Shown here piece after piece: positions 1-10,507 of a stretch of 64,000 nucleotides of DNA (position 1 is the first letter of the stretch; each line of letters starts with the position of its first letter). Origin of the DNA: Candidatus Latescibacterota bacterium (lineage in GTDB: Bacteria; Latescibacterota; UBA2968; SICM01); assembly GCA_965217865.1 (NCBI GenBank), contig CBDCJO010000002.1:4000001-4064000 (forward strand). The letters are read 5' to 3'. The notes below the pieces were generated by a model that worked only from the letters and a program-made list of their open reading frames with translations, had not been told where the DNA came from and ran no database searches. A program made the translations under genes and the position numbers.

Positions 1-3000
1 TCACAGACGGAGACCGGCGAGGACGGAGTGCTCGAGCACCGGGTCACGCTGTCGAGGCTGACCGATGACACGCCGTATTTCTATCGGGCCATCTCCGGCA
101 CGGACACGAGCGATGTGTTCAGCTTCAGGACCCGGAAGGCGGTTCCGCCCGTACCGGCTGTGATCACGGAGGGCCCGCTTGTCCGGGGTATCGGGGAGGA
201 CCGTGCGACGGTGCTGTGGAAGACGGACGTATTGGCCAGCAGCAGGGTGGAATTCGACACGACCGAGAATTCCTTGACACAGACCGTTTCCGATCCGGAC
301 GGTGTGACGGATCACGCGGTGACGCTGACGGGTCTTTCGGCCTCCACGACGTATTTCTACAGGGTCGCGTCCGTAAACCTGTCGCGGCTGACGACGGAGA
401 GCGACGTTTTCAGCTTCCGGACGCTGGACGCGCCGGACACGACCCCCCCGTCGATCCTGGAGCTGTCGGTTCCGGTCCGGACATCGGATGGATTTACGGT
501 GACGTGGCGGACGAACGAGATCGGCACTTCGGAGGTGATCTATGCCGAGGACGGGGGTTCGGAACAGAGTCGAATCGCCCCGGGTTTCGCCGTGGATCAC
601 AGTCTCAGCCTGTCCGGTTTGAGTGCGGAGACGACGTATGTGATCCGGGTGCGGTCGGCGGACCCAGCGGGGAATGGTGCGGAGAGCGAAGTGCAGGAGG
701 TGACGACGCTGTCCGAGGCGGTGGTGGATGTATCGTCGCCCCGGCTGGTCAGAGCGCCCTCTGCTGCAGGGAGCTCACACGAAGGGGCTACGATTGTCTG
801 GGGGACGGACGAGCCGGGCAACAGCCTGGTGGCCTATGGGGTGAGTGAGGATGACCTGCCCGAGGAACAGGGAGATTCGAGGCGTTTTACGACGGATCAC
901 TCGGTGAGGCTGACCAATCTGGAGTCCGCCGAGATCTATTTCTTCCAAGTCTCCTCGACGGATGCCTTTGGAAACGGTCCGACGATTGGGACCGGGACGT
1001 TTACGACTCAGGCTGCTCCGGACACGATTTCGGTGAGCATCACAGAAGGTCCGACCGTGGTGTCGGTCACTGACGAATCCGCGGTGCTGTCCTGGAAGAC
1101 AAATGAGTTGAGCGACACGCAGGTGGATTACGCGGCGGGGTTAGACCCGACTGCGGCCGGCCTGACGCAAAGGATTATCCTGCCCGGGGCTGTAACGGAC
1201 CACCAGGTGACCCTGACGAACCTTTCCCCGAGCACAGGCTACGCGTTCCGCGCAGGATCGCAGGACGTTGCGCGGAACCCGCGGACTTTTAGCACGGACC
1301 GGACGTTCACGACGGAGGCAACGCCAGACACGATCCCACCGGACCTTGTGGGGGCGGTGACGATCAGCGAGCGGACGTCCACGACGATCACGCTGATCTA
1401 CACCACGGACGAGCCGACGAATACGGTGGTGGAGTTATGGGCTATCGGACTACAGCCTGGGACGCATCGAGCGTGGGTCCCTGAAGCTGACGCGGAGCGC
1501 GACGTTGACGGGATTGACTTCGGACACGGAGTACCGGTTTCGGATCAGTTCCCGGGACCGGGAGGGGAACGGGGTGACGACGGACCCCACGATCACGATC
1601 CCTCCGCCGAATACCCGGCTGCGATCCGATGACCTGCGGTCCACGACGACTGCGGAACCGGACGTGATTGAACCGGCGATTGTGGAGGGTCCGATCGTTT
1701 CGGTGAGCGGGAATAACGTGGTGGTCCGGTGGATCACGGACGAGCTGTCGGACAGCCGGGTCATCTACGCAACGATTGAGAATTACAACCGTCCGGGCCT
1801 GGAGAGCGAGGTGTTCGACGGTGCGTTGGTGACGGTTCACAGGATCACGCTTTCGCTAGATCTGAACACGCAGTACCTGTTCCGGACCCTCTCGACGGAT
1901 GTGGAGGGAAACACGGGGACATCGGGATCGACGGGGTCGACCAAACCGGCGGTTGATGGTCTGTCCCTGCAGGCGCCCGGGGCGGATGGGAGCTTTGAGA
2001 CCCCCATCGTGGCAGATACCAGTCCCCCTGTCATCCTCTCGGGGCCCACGCTGGTCGGGGCCACTTCGACATCGCTGATTCTGCAGTGGATTACGAACGA
2101 GGCCTCGAACAGCTTTGTGGAATATAGCGTCGGGGGACAGCCCGCCGGCCGTGTGGAGGATGGAACGCCCTTGACCCAACACCGGCTTGTTCTGACGAAG
2201 CTTGCACCCGGAACGACTTACACGATCAAAGTGGGCTCCACCGACCCATCAGGCAACGGTCCTTCGGTGAGCAGGCCCGGTGTGGCCTCGACGACGGCGG
2301 AGGTGGACGCCTCTCCGCCAAGGATCATTGAAGGCCCGGAGGTCTTCAAGAGCGACCGAGAGGCGGTCATCACATGGAAGACAGATGAGCCGGGAAACTC
2401 GACGGTGGAGTATGGAGCAGGGAGCGTGTTAGGCCTTACCCGGTCGATCCCGGACGCAGTGACCGGGCACCGGGTGATTCTCGCGAACCTGTCCCCGGAT
2501 GCCTCCTACAGCTTCCGGGTGGGATCCCTGGATATCTCGAACAACGGTCCGACGTGGTCATCGATAGAGGTGTTTCAGACAGACCCGACGCCGGATACAA
2601 CCCCACCGGACATCCCTGCGGATCCGGAGGTCACGGCGATCACGGATGAGACGGCTACGGTGTCGTGGGAGACGAACGAGGTGTCCGACAGCGGGGTGTC
2701 GTTCGGGACCTCGGCCTCGGATCTGGACTTTCAACATCGGTTCCTCCGAGGCGGTGAAGGACCACCGGGAGGTGCTGACCGGTCTTTTGCCTTCGACGAC
2801 TTACTTTTTGCAGGTGAGCTCGACGGACCGGTCGGGGAACGGCCCCACCTTCCGACCGGCCTCGGATCAGACGGTCTCGTTTACGACTGAGGACGCGCCG
2901 GATATGTCTGCTCCGGCAAAGGTGCAGGAGGTGCTGGGTGTGGTTGGGAGCCGGGCAATCCTTTTGACCTGGGAGGAGGGGTCGGAAGACGACCTGGCCG

Positions 3001-4439
3001 GTTACAATGTCTACCGGGCAACCGGGGAGGATGAACTCGGACTGATCGCCTCGAACCTGATTGACGCACGGTTCCAGGATGTGGGGTTGACGGATGAGGT
3101 GCCCTACCGGTATGCGGTGGCTGCGTTCGACGGCGCGGGCAACGAGGGGGAGAAGTCGGACGAGGCCTCGTTCACGCCCTCCGAGGCGAACGTGCCAACT
3201 GCCCCTGCCTTCCTGACGATCGAGGGGGAGGCGTTGATCCCCACTTTCGTTGTGGAGAATGCCACGGCCCCCGGGACCGCGGACCTGACCTACACTTTCC
3301 AGGTGTCGGCTCGAGATGACTTTGCGGACCTCGTGGACTCGGCCACGGATCTTCAGGAGGGGAACGAATCGACGGAGTCGGGGCTGACGGCCTGGACGAT
3401 CACTCGAGAGCTGACCCACGAAGCCACCTACTTTTTACGCGTGCGGGCAAACGACGGAACATTCGACGGTCCCTTTATGTCCCCGCATACCTTCCTTGTG
3501 GATACGACGGTCGTTTCGAATCCGGGTGACTTCAATGGGAGCTTCAAGGTGGACTTCGACGACTTCTTCCTGTTCGCGGCTGCGTTCGGACAGCCCGCAA
3601 CCGGAGACAATGCGGTTTTCGACATGAGCGGGGATGGACAGGTTAACTTCGATGACTTCTTCGAATTCGCCGGGGTGTTCGGCGTGGAGTATGAGCAACC
3701 CGGAGGCGCCACAAAGCCGGTGGCATCCTCTCGGACACCTGATCCTTCCCTGCGGGTGGGTTTCCGGTCGGTTGGAGGTTTTCCCAATGCCGGTGAGGCG
3801 TTCACGGCGCACATCGATCTTTCGGGCCTGCAAGGCATTAACGGTTATGGGATTCGGGTTGAGTTCGACCCCAATCACCTTGAGCTGCTGCACGTCGAAC
3901 AGGCGGAGGGTGTGTTGGGACAAGTCCTCGATACTGACATCGATGAGGTGGTCGTCTTGAACTATGGGGAGGGGATTGTCCCGGAGGAACAGTCGACGAG
4001 TGAACCTGATGGTTCTCATCGGGAGCTTGTTCTGCTCCGGTTCCGGGTGAAGGTCTCCGCTCTGGATCCGCCTGCGTGGGTGTCGGAGATGGTACTGCTG
4101 GATCCCGAAGGAGGGTTGCTTGCACCCGATCTGGCGTCCGCAAGGCTCTTCCTGAGGCCGGATCAGGTCTTGCTGATGCACAACTATCCAAACCCGTTCA
4201 ACCCGATCACGACGATTCGGTATGGGATCCCCGAAGAATCCCGGGTCTCGATCCTGGTCTACAACATCCTGGGTCAGGAGGTCGCGAAGCTCGTAAATGA
4301 ACCCCAGGCAGCGGGCTTCTATACGGTCGACTGGGATGGCCGGGACGGAAGGGGAAGGCAGATGGCGTCCGGGGTTTATCTGTACAGGATCAAAGTGGGA
4401 AATGTGGCAAGGGTGCAGAAGATGATTCTGTTGAAATGA
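1..4439 (+). CDS. Very large secreted fibronectin-III/purple-acid-phosphatase-N-like repeat protein with dockerin-like EF-hand pair, cohesin-like domain and C-terminal FlgD-Ig/T9SS-like domain; 5' partial, split by two +1 frameshifts
   Basis: ORFs 28-1632, 1505-2890 and 2646-4439 all carry the same repeat (W.TDE.S.S.V.Y...H.V.LT.L...T.Y..RV.S.D..GN). Removing one T at 1435-1436 and one T at 2729-2731 gives a continuous frame. Motifs GDFNGSFKVDFDDFF / DMSGDGQVNFDDFF and NYPNPFNPITTIRY...WDGRD...SGVYLY...KMILLK are present. Confidence 0.85.
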
Positions 4440-4446
4440 GGAGAGC

Positions 4447-4545
4447 TGGCAAACGGCAAACGGCAGTCAGGGGTCGGAGGTCGGAAGTCAGGGGTCAGAG
4501 GGCATCCGATTTTGGGAGGGCCCGCGGCCTCGCGGGCCGGGATTT
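4447..4545 (+). repeat. Intergenic heptamer mosaic (GGCAAAC; GGGGTCA/GAGGTCG) plus REP-like palindrome GGGAGGGCCCGCGGCCTCGCGGGCC
   Basis: Read directly. The palindrome's left part recurs near 7045. Confidence 0.75.
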
Positions 4546-4590
4546 TGACGAAACTGCAAAATTCGATCGAATGTCAGACCCCCTGCGCCC

Positions 4591-4716
4591 CTCCTTCGAC
4601 TGCTCAGCGCTGGGGAGCTGCTCCGCTCAGGATGTGATCCTTCGACGGAGTTTATCCTGAGCTTGTCGAAGCCATGGCCCTGAGCGGAACGAAGTGAAGC
4701 CGAAGGGGGCTCAGGA
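4591..4716. repeat. REP-like palindromic element (CCTTCGAC...CCGCTCAGGA / CCTGAGCTTGTCGAAG family)
   Basis: Related copies at about 8879-8923 and 29541-29705. Confidence 0.75.
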
Positions 4717-4836
4717 CGTTGCTTCCCTAAAGGGAAGGGGGAACAAGGCCTTTAATAAATGAACTGCCCGTCACGAGCCTTCTGCTGGCGACTGCCTGCG
4801 AGGTATCCGGGCGACACTACATATCGGGAGGGAATC

Positions 4837-6699
4837 ATGAATTCGAACATGCTAAGCTCTTTGAGACTTTCTCTGCTCCTGGCTATCTGTTTTGTCCTAT
4901 TCTTCACCACTGCTGCTCAATCGTTTCAAGTCACAATTGACGGATCCGCCCTGTCGGTTAACTACATCATTCGAAATATGAGCACGGGACAGAGAACAGT
5001 ACGACAAGGTATTGCAACTCTGGATTTATCGGCAGGCACTTACAGGTTCGAAAGCGGACAAAAGCATCTCTTCGATCTGGATAATGGTGGTATCCTGACT
5101 GTCTCCGATCCCACTGCGCCCCTGCTCGGATCCGGCACAACACAACTCACTGTTGATCCGTCAAGGGTTCGCCTGATCAACATAGATGGATCTGCTATCC
5201 CGCAATTAAATTACCGTATCCGGGACCTGGTTACCAGCACTGGCATCTTGAGACAAGGTATCGTACAGTTCAACGCGCTTCCAGGCACTTACAGGTTCGA
5301 AAGCGGACAAAAGCATCTCTTCGACCTGGATAATGGTGGTATCCTGACTGTCTCCGATCCCACTGCGCCCCTGCTCGGATCCGGCACAACACAACTCACT
5401 GTTGATCCGTCAAAGGTTCTCCAGATCAACATAGATGGATCTGCCCTGACATTAAATTACCGTATGCGGGACCTGGCTACCAACTCTGGCATCTTAAGAG
5501 AAGGCATCGTACAGATAGATGCATTGCCCGGAAGTTATCGTATAGAACACAGTGGAAATACGGCCAGTTTCGCTGTGGATTCCAATTGCAACCTCACACC
5601 TCCTCCCCCTTATTCCCTCGGTGGTATACCCGTTCCGGTGACCTGCGGTGGAGCCAATTCACCACCTGTGGCCAACTGTAAGGACATCGACCTTGATCTT
5701 GACGCCTCGGGACAGGCAACGCTCGATCCTTCCGATGTCGATGACGGTTCCTCCGACCCCGATGGAGACCCGATTACCTTGAGTCTCGACAGAACGGCCT
5801 TTGACTGCGATGACCTGGGACCCCAGACCGTTACCCTCACCGTCACCGATGATAAAGGCGCCAGCGCGTCTTGTCAAACCACCGTGACGGTAAAAGATGT
5901 GACACGGCCGACCCTTTCGGTTTTGGCCAGTCCCTCGTCCCTCTGGCCGCCCAATCACAAGTATCAAGCGATCACCCTGACGCTCACGGCCAGCGATGCC
6001 TGCGATCCCTCCCCGGCAGTTTCAGCGGTGGTGGTCAGCAGCGAACCGGATGATGCCAAGGGAAACGGGGATGGGAATACCACCGGTGACATCAAGGTCA
6101 CGACAACCGGTGGCGGCATTCTACTCAGTTCCAATGATGACCCTGAGGTTCCCTGGAAACCGGGGGAACAGCTCGAGCTCCGGGCGGAAAGGGGCGGAAA
6201 GGGAAACGGTCGGGTCTACACGATCACAGTGACAGCTAAAGATGCCTCAGGTAACGAAACGCCTGCGACTGTAGAGATCTCCGTCACCCACGACAAAGGG
6301 AAGGCAGCCAAACCGGTAGCAGGTGTCGGGGTTGAAGGCGAGAAGCTGATCCTGGGTGACGATCCCGATGCTTTTGATGCTTCTCTGGGAGCCCGCTTTG
6401 GGCATGAGAACTCCGAGAACCTGAAGTTCAGGCTGTACCAGAATTCTCCCAACCCGTTCAACCCCACGACCACCATCCGATACTCCCTGGCCGAGCTGTC
6501 CGACGTGCATTTGACGATCTACAACGCTTTGGGTCAGGCTGTACGGCTGCTGGTCAATACGAATCAATCAACTGGCAGGTACAACGTGAATTGGGATGGC
6601 CGTGATGCCTCCGGGAAGCTTGTGGCGAGCGGGCTGTATATCTATCGATTGAAGGCGGGGACGAAGGTGGCGGTCAGGAAGATGATCTTCGCCAAGTAG
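4837..6699 (+). CDS. Secreted protein with internal ~83-aa tandem repeat, PKD/HYR-like domain and C-terminal FlgD-Ig/T9SS-like domain
   Basis: RBS GGGAGG before ATG 4837, followed by a signal-peptide-like N-terminus. GTYRFESGQKHLFDLDNGGILTVSDPTAPLLGSGTTQLTVDPS is duplicated. SSDPDGD and VTLTVTDDKG motifs, LWPPNHK motif, and QNSPNPFNPTTTIRY tail. Confidence 0.85.
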   Translation: MNSNMLSSLRLSLLLAICFVLFFTTAAQSFQVTIDGSALSVNYIIRNMSTGQRTVRQGIATLDLSAGTYRFESGQKHLFDLDNGGILTVSDPTAPLLGSGTTQLTVDPSRVRLINIDGSAIPQLNYRIRDLVTSTGILRQGIVQFNALPGTYRFESGQKHLFDLDNGGILTVSDPTAPLLGSGTTQLTVDPSKVLQINIDGSALTLNYRMRDLATNSGILREGIVQIDALPGSYRIEHSGNTASFAVDSNCNLTPPPPYSLGGIPVPVTCGGANSPPVANCKDIDLDLDASGQATLDPSDVDDGSSDPDGDPITLSLDRTAFDCDDLGPQTVTLTVTDDKGASASCQTTVTVKDVTRPTLSVLASPSSLWPPNHKYQAITLTLTASDACDPSPAVSAVVVSSEPDDAKGNGDGNTTGDIKVTTTGGGILLSSNDDPEVPWKPGEQLELRAERGGKGNGRVYTITVTAKDASGNETPATVEISVTHDKGKAAKPVAGVGVEGEKLILGDDPDAFDASLGARFGHENSENLKFRLYQNSPNPFNPTTTIRYSLAELSDVHLTIYNALGQAVRLLVNTNQSTGRYNVNWDGRDASGKLVASGLYIYRLKAGTKVAVRKMIFAK

Positions 6700-6738
6700 G
6701 CAACCCCTAGAAATAAGGAAATGGCTTCAAAGAACCAG

Positions 6739-6768
6739 GCCCCGGAATCATCTTCCGGGGCTTTTTTT
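6739..6768 (+). terminator. Rho-independent terminator
   Basis: GCCCCGGAA-TCATC-TTCCGGGGC stem followed by T7, about 40 nt after the stop at 6699. Confidence 0.85.
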
Positions 6769-6864
6769 GGTATGAATGCCTGAATCTCCTCCGTGTTATC
6801 GGCCCAAGCGGCGCGCGGGATGAAAGGAAATTTAAAATTCAATCGATTCCCCCGGACTGACTTC

Positions 6865-6893
6865 TTGACTTCCCGTGTGCCTGCCAGTAAATT
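6865..6893 (+). promoter_or_regulatory. Sigma70-type promoter
   Basis: TTGACT-17 bp-TAAATT. Confidence 0.55.
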
Positions 6894-6905
6894 GCCCGTT
6901 AAGCC

Positions 6906-7235
6906 GGCAAACGGCAAACGGCAAACGGCAAACGGCAAACGTGAAACGGGAAGGCATAGATTGGAAAGGCCGTGGTTCGTGGATCGGAGAATCCGGGGTT
7001 CGTGGTTCGTGGCTCGGGGTTCGAAAAGGGAACCGGCAAAGTTCTGGGAGGGCCCGCGGCCTCAAAAAGACGGTCGATCGTGAATCGTGATTCGTGGATC
7101 GAAATGACCGGGAAGCGTATCTCGGGATTCTGAAAACCTCTGACAATAAAGGCTTGGATGTTAGCGGACGCCGGGGCCGGCGTCCCTCCACAAAAGACCG
7201 TGGATCGTGGATCGTGATTCGTGAAGCGTATCTCG
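6906..7235 (+). repeat. Intergenic heptamer/REP mosaic (GGCAAAC x5; TCGTGAT/TCGTGGA/TCGTGGT units; GC palindromes)
   Basis: Read directly. Confidence 0.8.
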
Positions 7236-7284
7236 AAAATGCTGTCTAACATTAATTTAACTTTCATGAAAGGAATGATTTTGT

Positions 7285-8511
7285 ATGAAAGAAATTCAGT
7301 ACTCCGACTTTCCAGTTGAAGAGTATCAATCCCGTTACTCGCGCACCCAACAGGTTCTCAAACGACGAGGGATCGACGCGCTCTTTTTAACCCAACGTCA
7401 GAACATGCGATACTTCGCCGGGTTTCGGGATGGTGCGTGGGATGCCTATCACTTCTACTTTTTGGCCCTTCTTCCGGCCGAGGGCGAACCGGTCCTTCTG
7501 ACCTCAAAAGGATTCCCCCAGATCGTGAAGCAGTCCTGGATCGAGGACGCGCGAGAATGGTCGCTGAGCAAAGAGTTCTATATGTCCAAGGAATCGAACG
7601 CCATATCGGCGGTGCTGGATGTGCTGAGAGAGAAGCATCTCGATCGGGGTGTCATCGGGATGGAGACAGGGCCTGAGATTCACGTTCACATGGGCCATAC
7701 CCACTTCACGTCCTTGCTCGAAGGCCTGAAGGGGGCTGAGATCGTGGACGGCAGCGACGCGATCTGGGAGGTGCGAAGCATCAAATCCGAGGCTGAGATC
7801 GATCGCATGCGAAAGGCCGCGGATATCACGACGAGGGGGGTGAAGGCGGGATTCGAGGCCCTCAAGCCGGGGATGTCGGAGAAGGAGCTGGTCAATATCA
7901 TGACCTCCGAGATGTGTTCCAGGGGGGCCAGCGAACAGCGATTCAACTCCCTGTATGCGGGCCCGCGTGCGATGTGGGCGGATGGTATGCCGACGGACTA
8001 TGTGATGGAGAAAGGGGATCTTGTTCAGTACGATGGGGGTTGTATCTACGAGGGCTACTGTTGCGACTTCAAGCGTATGGCATCGATCGGAGAACCCCGA
8101 GCCGATCAGAGACGATTCTATGAGCAGGCCAAGGCGGTATTGTTCGCGGCGATCGGGACGGTAAAGCCCGGTGCCCCGTTGAGCGCTCCGCTTCGAGCGG
8201 CCTTTGCAGTGAACGACGCAGCGGGATTCGGGTCATTCTCAAAGTGGTGTCTCGAGTCCGGGTGGTCTGCGATCGGCCATAGCCTGGGTCTGGATCTTCA
8301 CGAGCAGCCGGGGTTGACTGCGTTCAATGAAGCGGAGATGCAGGAGAACATGGTGCTGTGTGTGGAACCGTTCATCACGTTGAACGGTGTGACGCCTTTT
8401 TATGAGGCGGAGGAGAAATTCGGGCTTGAGGATGTGGTGGTTGTCACCAAGGACGGGGTTGAGACATTGACTTCGGAGGATAAGATTACTCACGATTTGT
8501 GGGTCGCATAA
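7285..8511 (+). CDS. Xaa-Pro peptidase family (M24) metallopeptidase, copy 1
   Basis: Creatinase_N-like start, RSIKSEAEI motif, and metal ligands D/D (YDGG...CDFKR), H (GHSLGLDLHE), E (CVEP), E (GLED). Confidence 0.9.
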   Translation: MKEIQYSDFPVEEYQSRYSRTQQVLKRRGIDALFLTQRQNMRYFAGFRDGAWDAYHFYFLALLPAEGEPVLLTSKGFPQIVKQSWIEDAREWSLSKEFYMSKESNAISAVLDVLREKHLDRGVIGMETGPEIHVHMGHTHFTSLLEGLKGAEIVDGSDAIWEVRSIKSEAEIDRMRKAADITTRGVKAGFEALKPGMSEKELVNIMTSEMCSRGASEQRFNSLYAGPRAMWADGMPTDYVMEKGDLVQYDGGCIYEGYCCDFKRMASIGEPRADQRRFYEQAKAVLFAAIGTVKPGAPLSAPLRAAFAVNDAAGFGSFSKWCLESGWSAIGHSLGLDLHEQPGLTAFNEAEMQENMVLCVEPFITLNGVTPFYEAEEKFGLEDVVVVTKDGVETLTSEDKITHDLWVA

Positions 8512-8514
8512 AGA

Positions 8515-8740
8515 CCGTGGTTCGTGGATCGTGATTCGTGATTCGGAAAGAAGAGCCGGCAAACGTCAAACGTGAAAGGCAGTAGCAGTGGCAGGTGCCA
8601 GTAGCAGGAAAGGCAAAAGCAGGGGTCGGGGATGGGGAAAAAATATAGTCAAAGCCCGTATGGTAGGAGCCGCCTCCTGGCGGCGAAAACCAGTGGATCG
8701 TGATTCGGGGATCGGAGAGAGCGTAAAGCGTATCGAGGCG
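8515..8740 (+). repeat. Intergenic mosaic (TCGTGAT units, AAACGTC/G, GCAGTA, REP-like GTAGGAGCCGCCTCCTGGCGGCGA)
   Basis: Read directly; same unit families as other gaps. Confidence 0.75.
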
Positions 8741-9141
8741 CTTCGGTTGTACCGCAAGTTTGGAATTGCGAACACGTGTTCTCAATTGGGTTGAAGCCAC
8801 TACCAGGTGCTGTCGTAAATTTGCATTTTCCAATTTGGAATTTCCTCCTTGCGGTGCGGATTCCCCCAACCCATCTCGGTCCTTCGACTGCGTTCCGCAA
8901 AAACCGCGGAACTCCGCTCAGGAGGTTTTCATTATGGATTTGAAGGTTGCTAAAATAAAGGCGATATTCCCCTTCCCTTTAGTAGGGGTTAGGTCTGACA
9001 CCTGATCGAATTTTATATGTCCGTCATGAACATTCTAATATGATTCCCCTCGCAAGCTCAATTCGCTCAGTCGCAACCAAGAAGATGTACGAATCTTGCG
9101 TAGAAGTTGTAATGTAAGACTCTAATAAAGGGGTCTTTTGT

Positions 9142-10368
9142 ATGAAAGAAGTTTTGTTCCCCGACTTTCCCGTTGAAGAGTATCGATCCCGCTACTCCCG
9201 CACCCAACAGGTTCTCAAACGGCGGGGGATCGATGCGCTCTTTTTGACCCAACGTCAGAACATGCGATACTTCGCCGGTGTTCGGGATGGTGCGTGGGAT
9301 GCCTATCACTTCTACTTTCTGGCCCTTCTTCCGGCCGAAGGCGAACCGGTCCTTCTGGTCCGAATCGGATTCCCCCAGATCGTGAAGCAGTCCTGGATCG
9401 AGGACGTGCGAGAATGGCAACCGGGCAGGGGGCTCTACATGTCCAAGGAATCGAACGCAATATCGGCGGTTCTGGATGTTCTGAGAGAGAAGCATCTCGA
9501 TCGGGGTGTCATCGGGATGGAGACGGGCCCTGAGGTTCACGTTCACATGGGCCATACCCACTTTACGTCTTTGCTCGAAGGCCTGAAGGGGGCTGAGATC
9601 GTGGACGGCAGCGACGCGATCTGGGAGGTGCGGAGCATCAAATCCGAGGCTGAGATCGATCGCATGCGAAAGGCCGCGGATATCACGGCGAGGGGTGTGA
9701 AGGCGGGATTCGAGGCCCTCAAGCCGGGGATGTCGGAGAAGGAGCTGGTCAATATCATGACCTCCGAGATGTGTTCCAGGGGGGCCAGCGAACAGCGATT
9801 CAACTCCCTGTATGCGGGCCCGCGTGCGATGTGGGCAGATGGTTCGCCGACGGACTATGTGATGGAGAAAGGGGATCTTGTTCAGTACGATGGGGGGTGT
9901 ATCTACGAGGGCTACTACTGCGACTTCAAGCGTATGGCATCGATCGGAGAACCCCGAGCCGATCAGAGACGATTCTATGAGCAGGCCAAGGCGGCATTGT
10001 TAGCGGCGATCGGGACGGTAAAGCCCGGTGCCCCGCTGAGCGCTCCGCTTCGAGCGGCCTTTGCAGTGAACGACGCAGCGGGATTCGGGTCATTCTCAAA
10101 GTGGTGTCTCGAGTCCGGGTGGTCTGCGATCGGCCATAGCCTGGGTCTGGATCTTCACGAGCAGCCGGGGTTGACTGCGTTCAATGAAGCGGAGATGCAG
10201 GAGAACATGGTGCTGTGTGTGGAACCGTTCATCACGTTGAACGGTGTGACGCCTTTCTATGAGGCGGAGGAAAAATTCGGACTTGAGGATGTGGTGGTTG
10301 TCACCAAGGACGGGGTTGAAACATTGACTTCGGAGGATAAGATTACTCACGATCTGTGGATCGCGTGA
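9142..10368 (+). CDS. Xaa-Pro peptidase family (M24) metallopeptidase, copy 2 (near-identical paralog)
   Basis: Same length (408 aa) and same motifs as 7285-8511. Confidence 0.9.
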   Translation: MKEVLFPDFPVEEYRSRYSRTQQVLKRRGIDALFLTQRQNMRYFAGVRDGAWDAYHFYFLALLPAEGEPVLLVRIGFPQIVKQSWIEDVREWQPGRGLYMSKESNAISAVLDVLREKHLDRGVIGMETGPEVHVHMGHTHFTSLLEGLKGAEIVDGSDAIWEVRSIKSEAEIDRMRKAADITARGVKAGFEALKPGMSEKELVNIMTSEMCSRGASEQRFNSLYAGPRAMWADGSPTDYVMEKGDLVQYDGGCIYEGYYCDFKRMASIGEPRADQRRFYEQAKAALLAAIGTVKPGAPLSAPLRAAFAVNDAAGFGSFSKWCLESGWSAIGHSLGLDLHEQPGLTAFNEAEMQENMVLCVEPFITLNGVTPFYEAEEKFGLEDVVVVTKDGVETLTSEDKITHDLWIA

Positions 10369-10374
10369 AAAGAG

Positions 10375-10495
10375 CCGGCAAACGTCAAACGTGAAACGTC
10401 AAATAAACCCGTGGATCGTGATTCGGGGATCGGAGAACCCGTGGTTCGTGCATCGTGATTCGGGAATCAGGAAAATCCAGGGATCGTGATTCCAG
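10375..10495 (+). repeat. Intergenic heptamer mosaic (AAACGTC/AAACGTG; TCGTGAT)
   Basis: Read directly. Confidence 0.75.
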
Positions 10496-10507
10496 GACGC
10501 GTATGGG

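Noticed and set aside
6642-7267. Short ORFs over repeat gaps (also 8486-9005, 32244-32438, 29455-29688)
   Set aside because: They are translations of the repeat units (e.g. KRQTAN, AVAVAV) with no RBS or domain support.
7285-10368. Diversity-generating retroelement template/variable pair
   Set aside because: This is a whole-gene duplication, the differences are not confined to adenines, and no reverse transcriptase is present.
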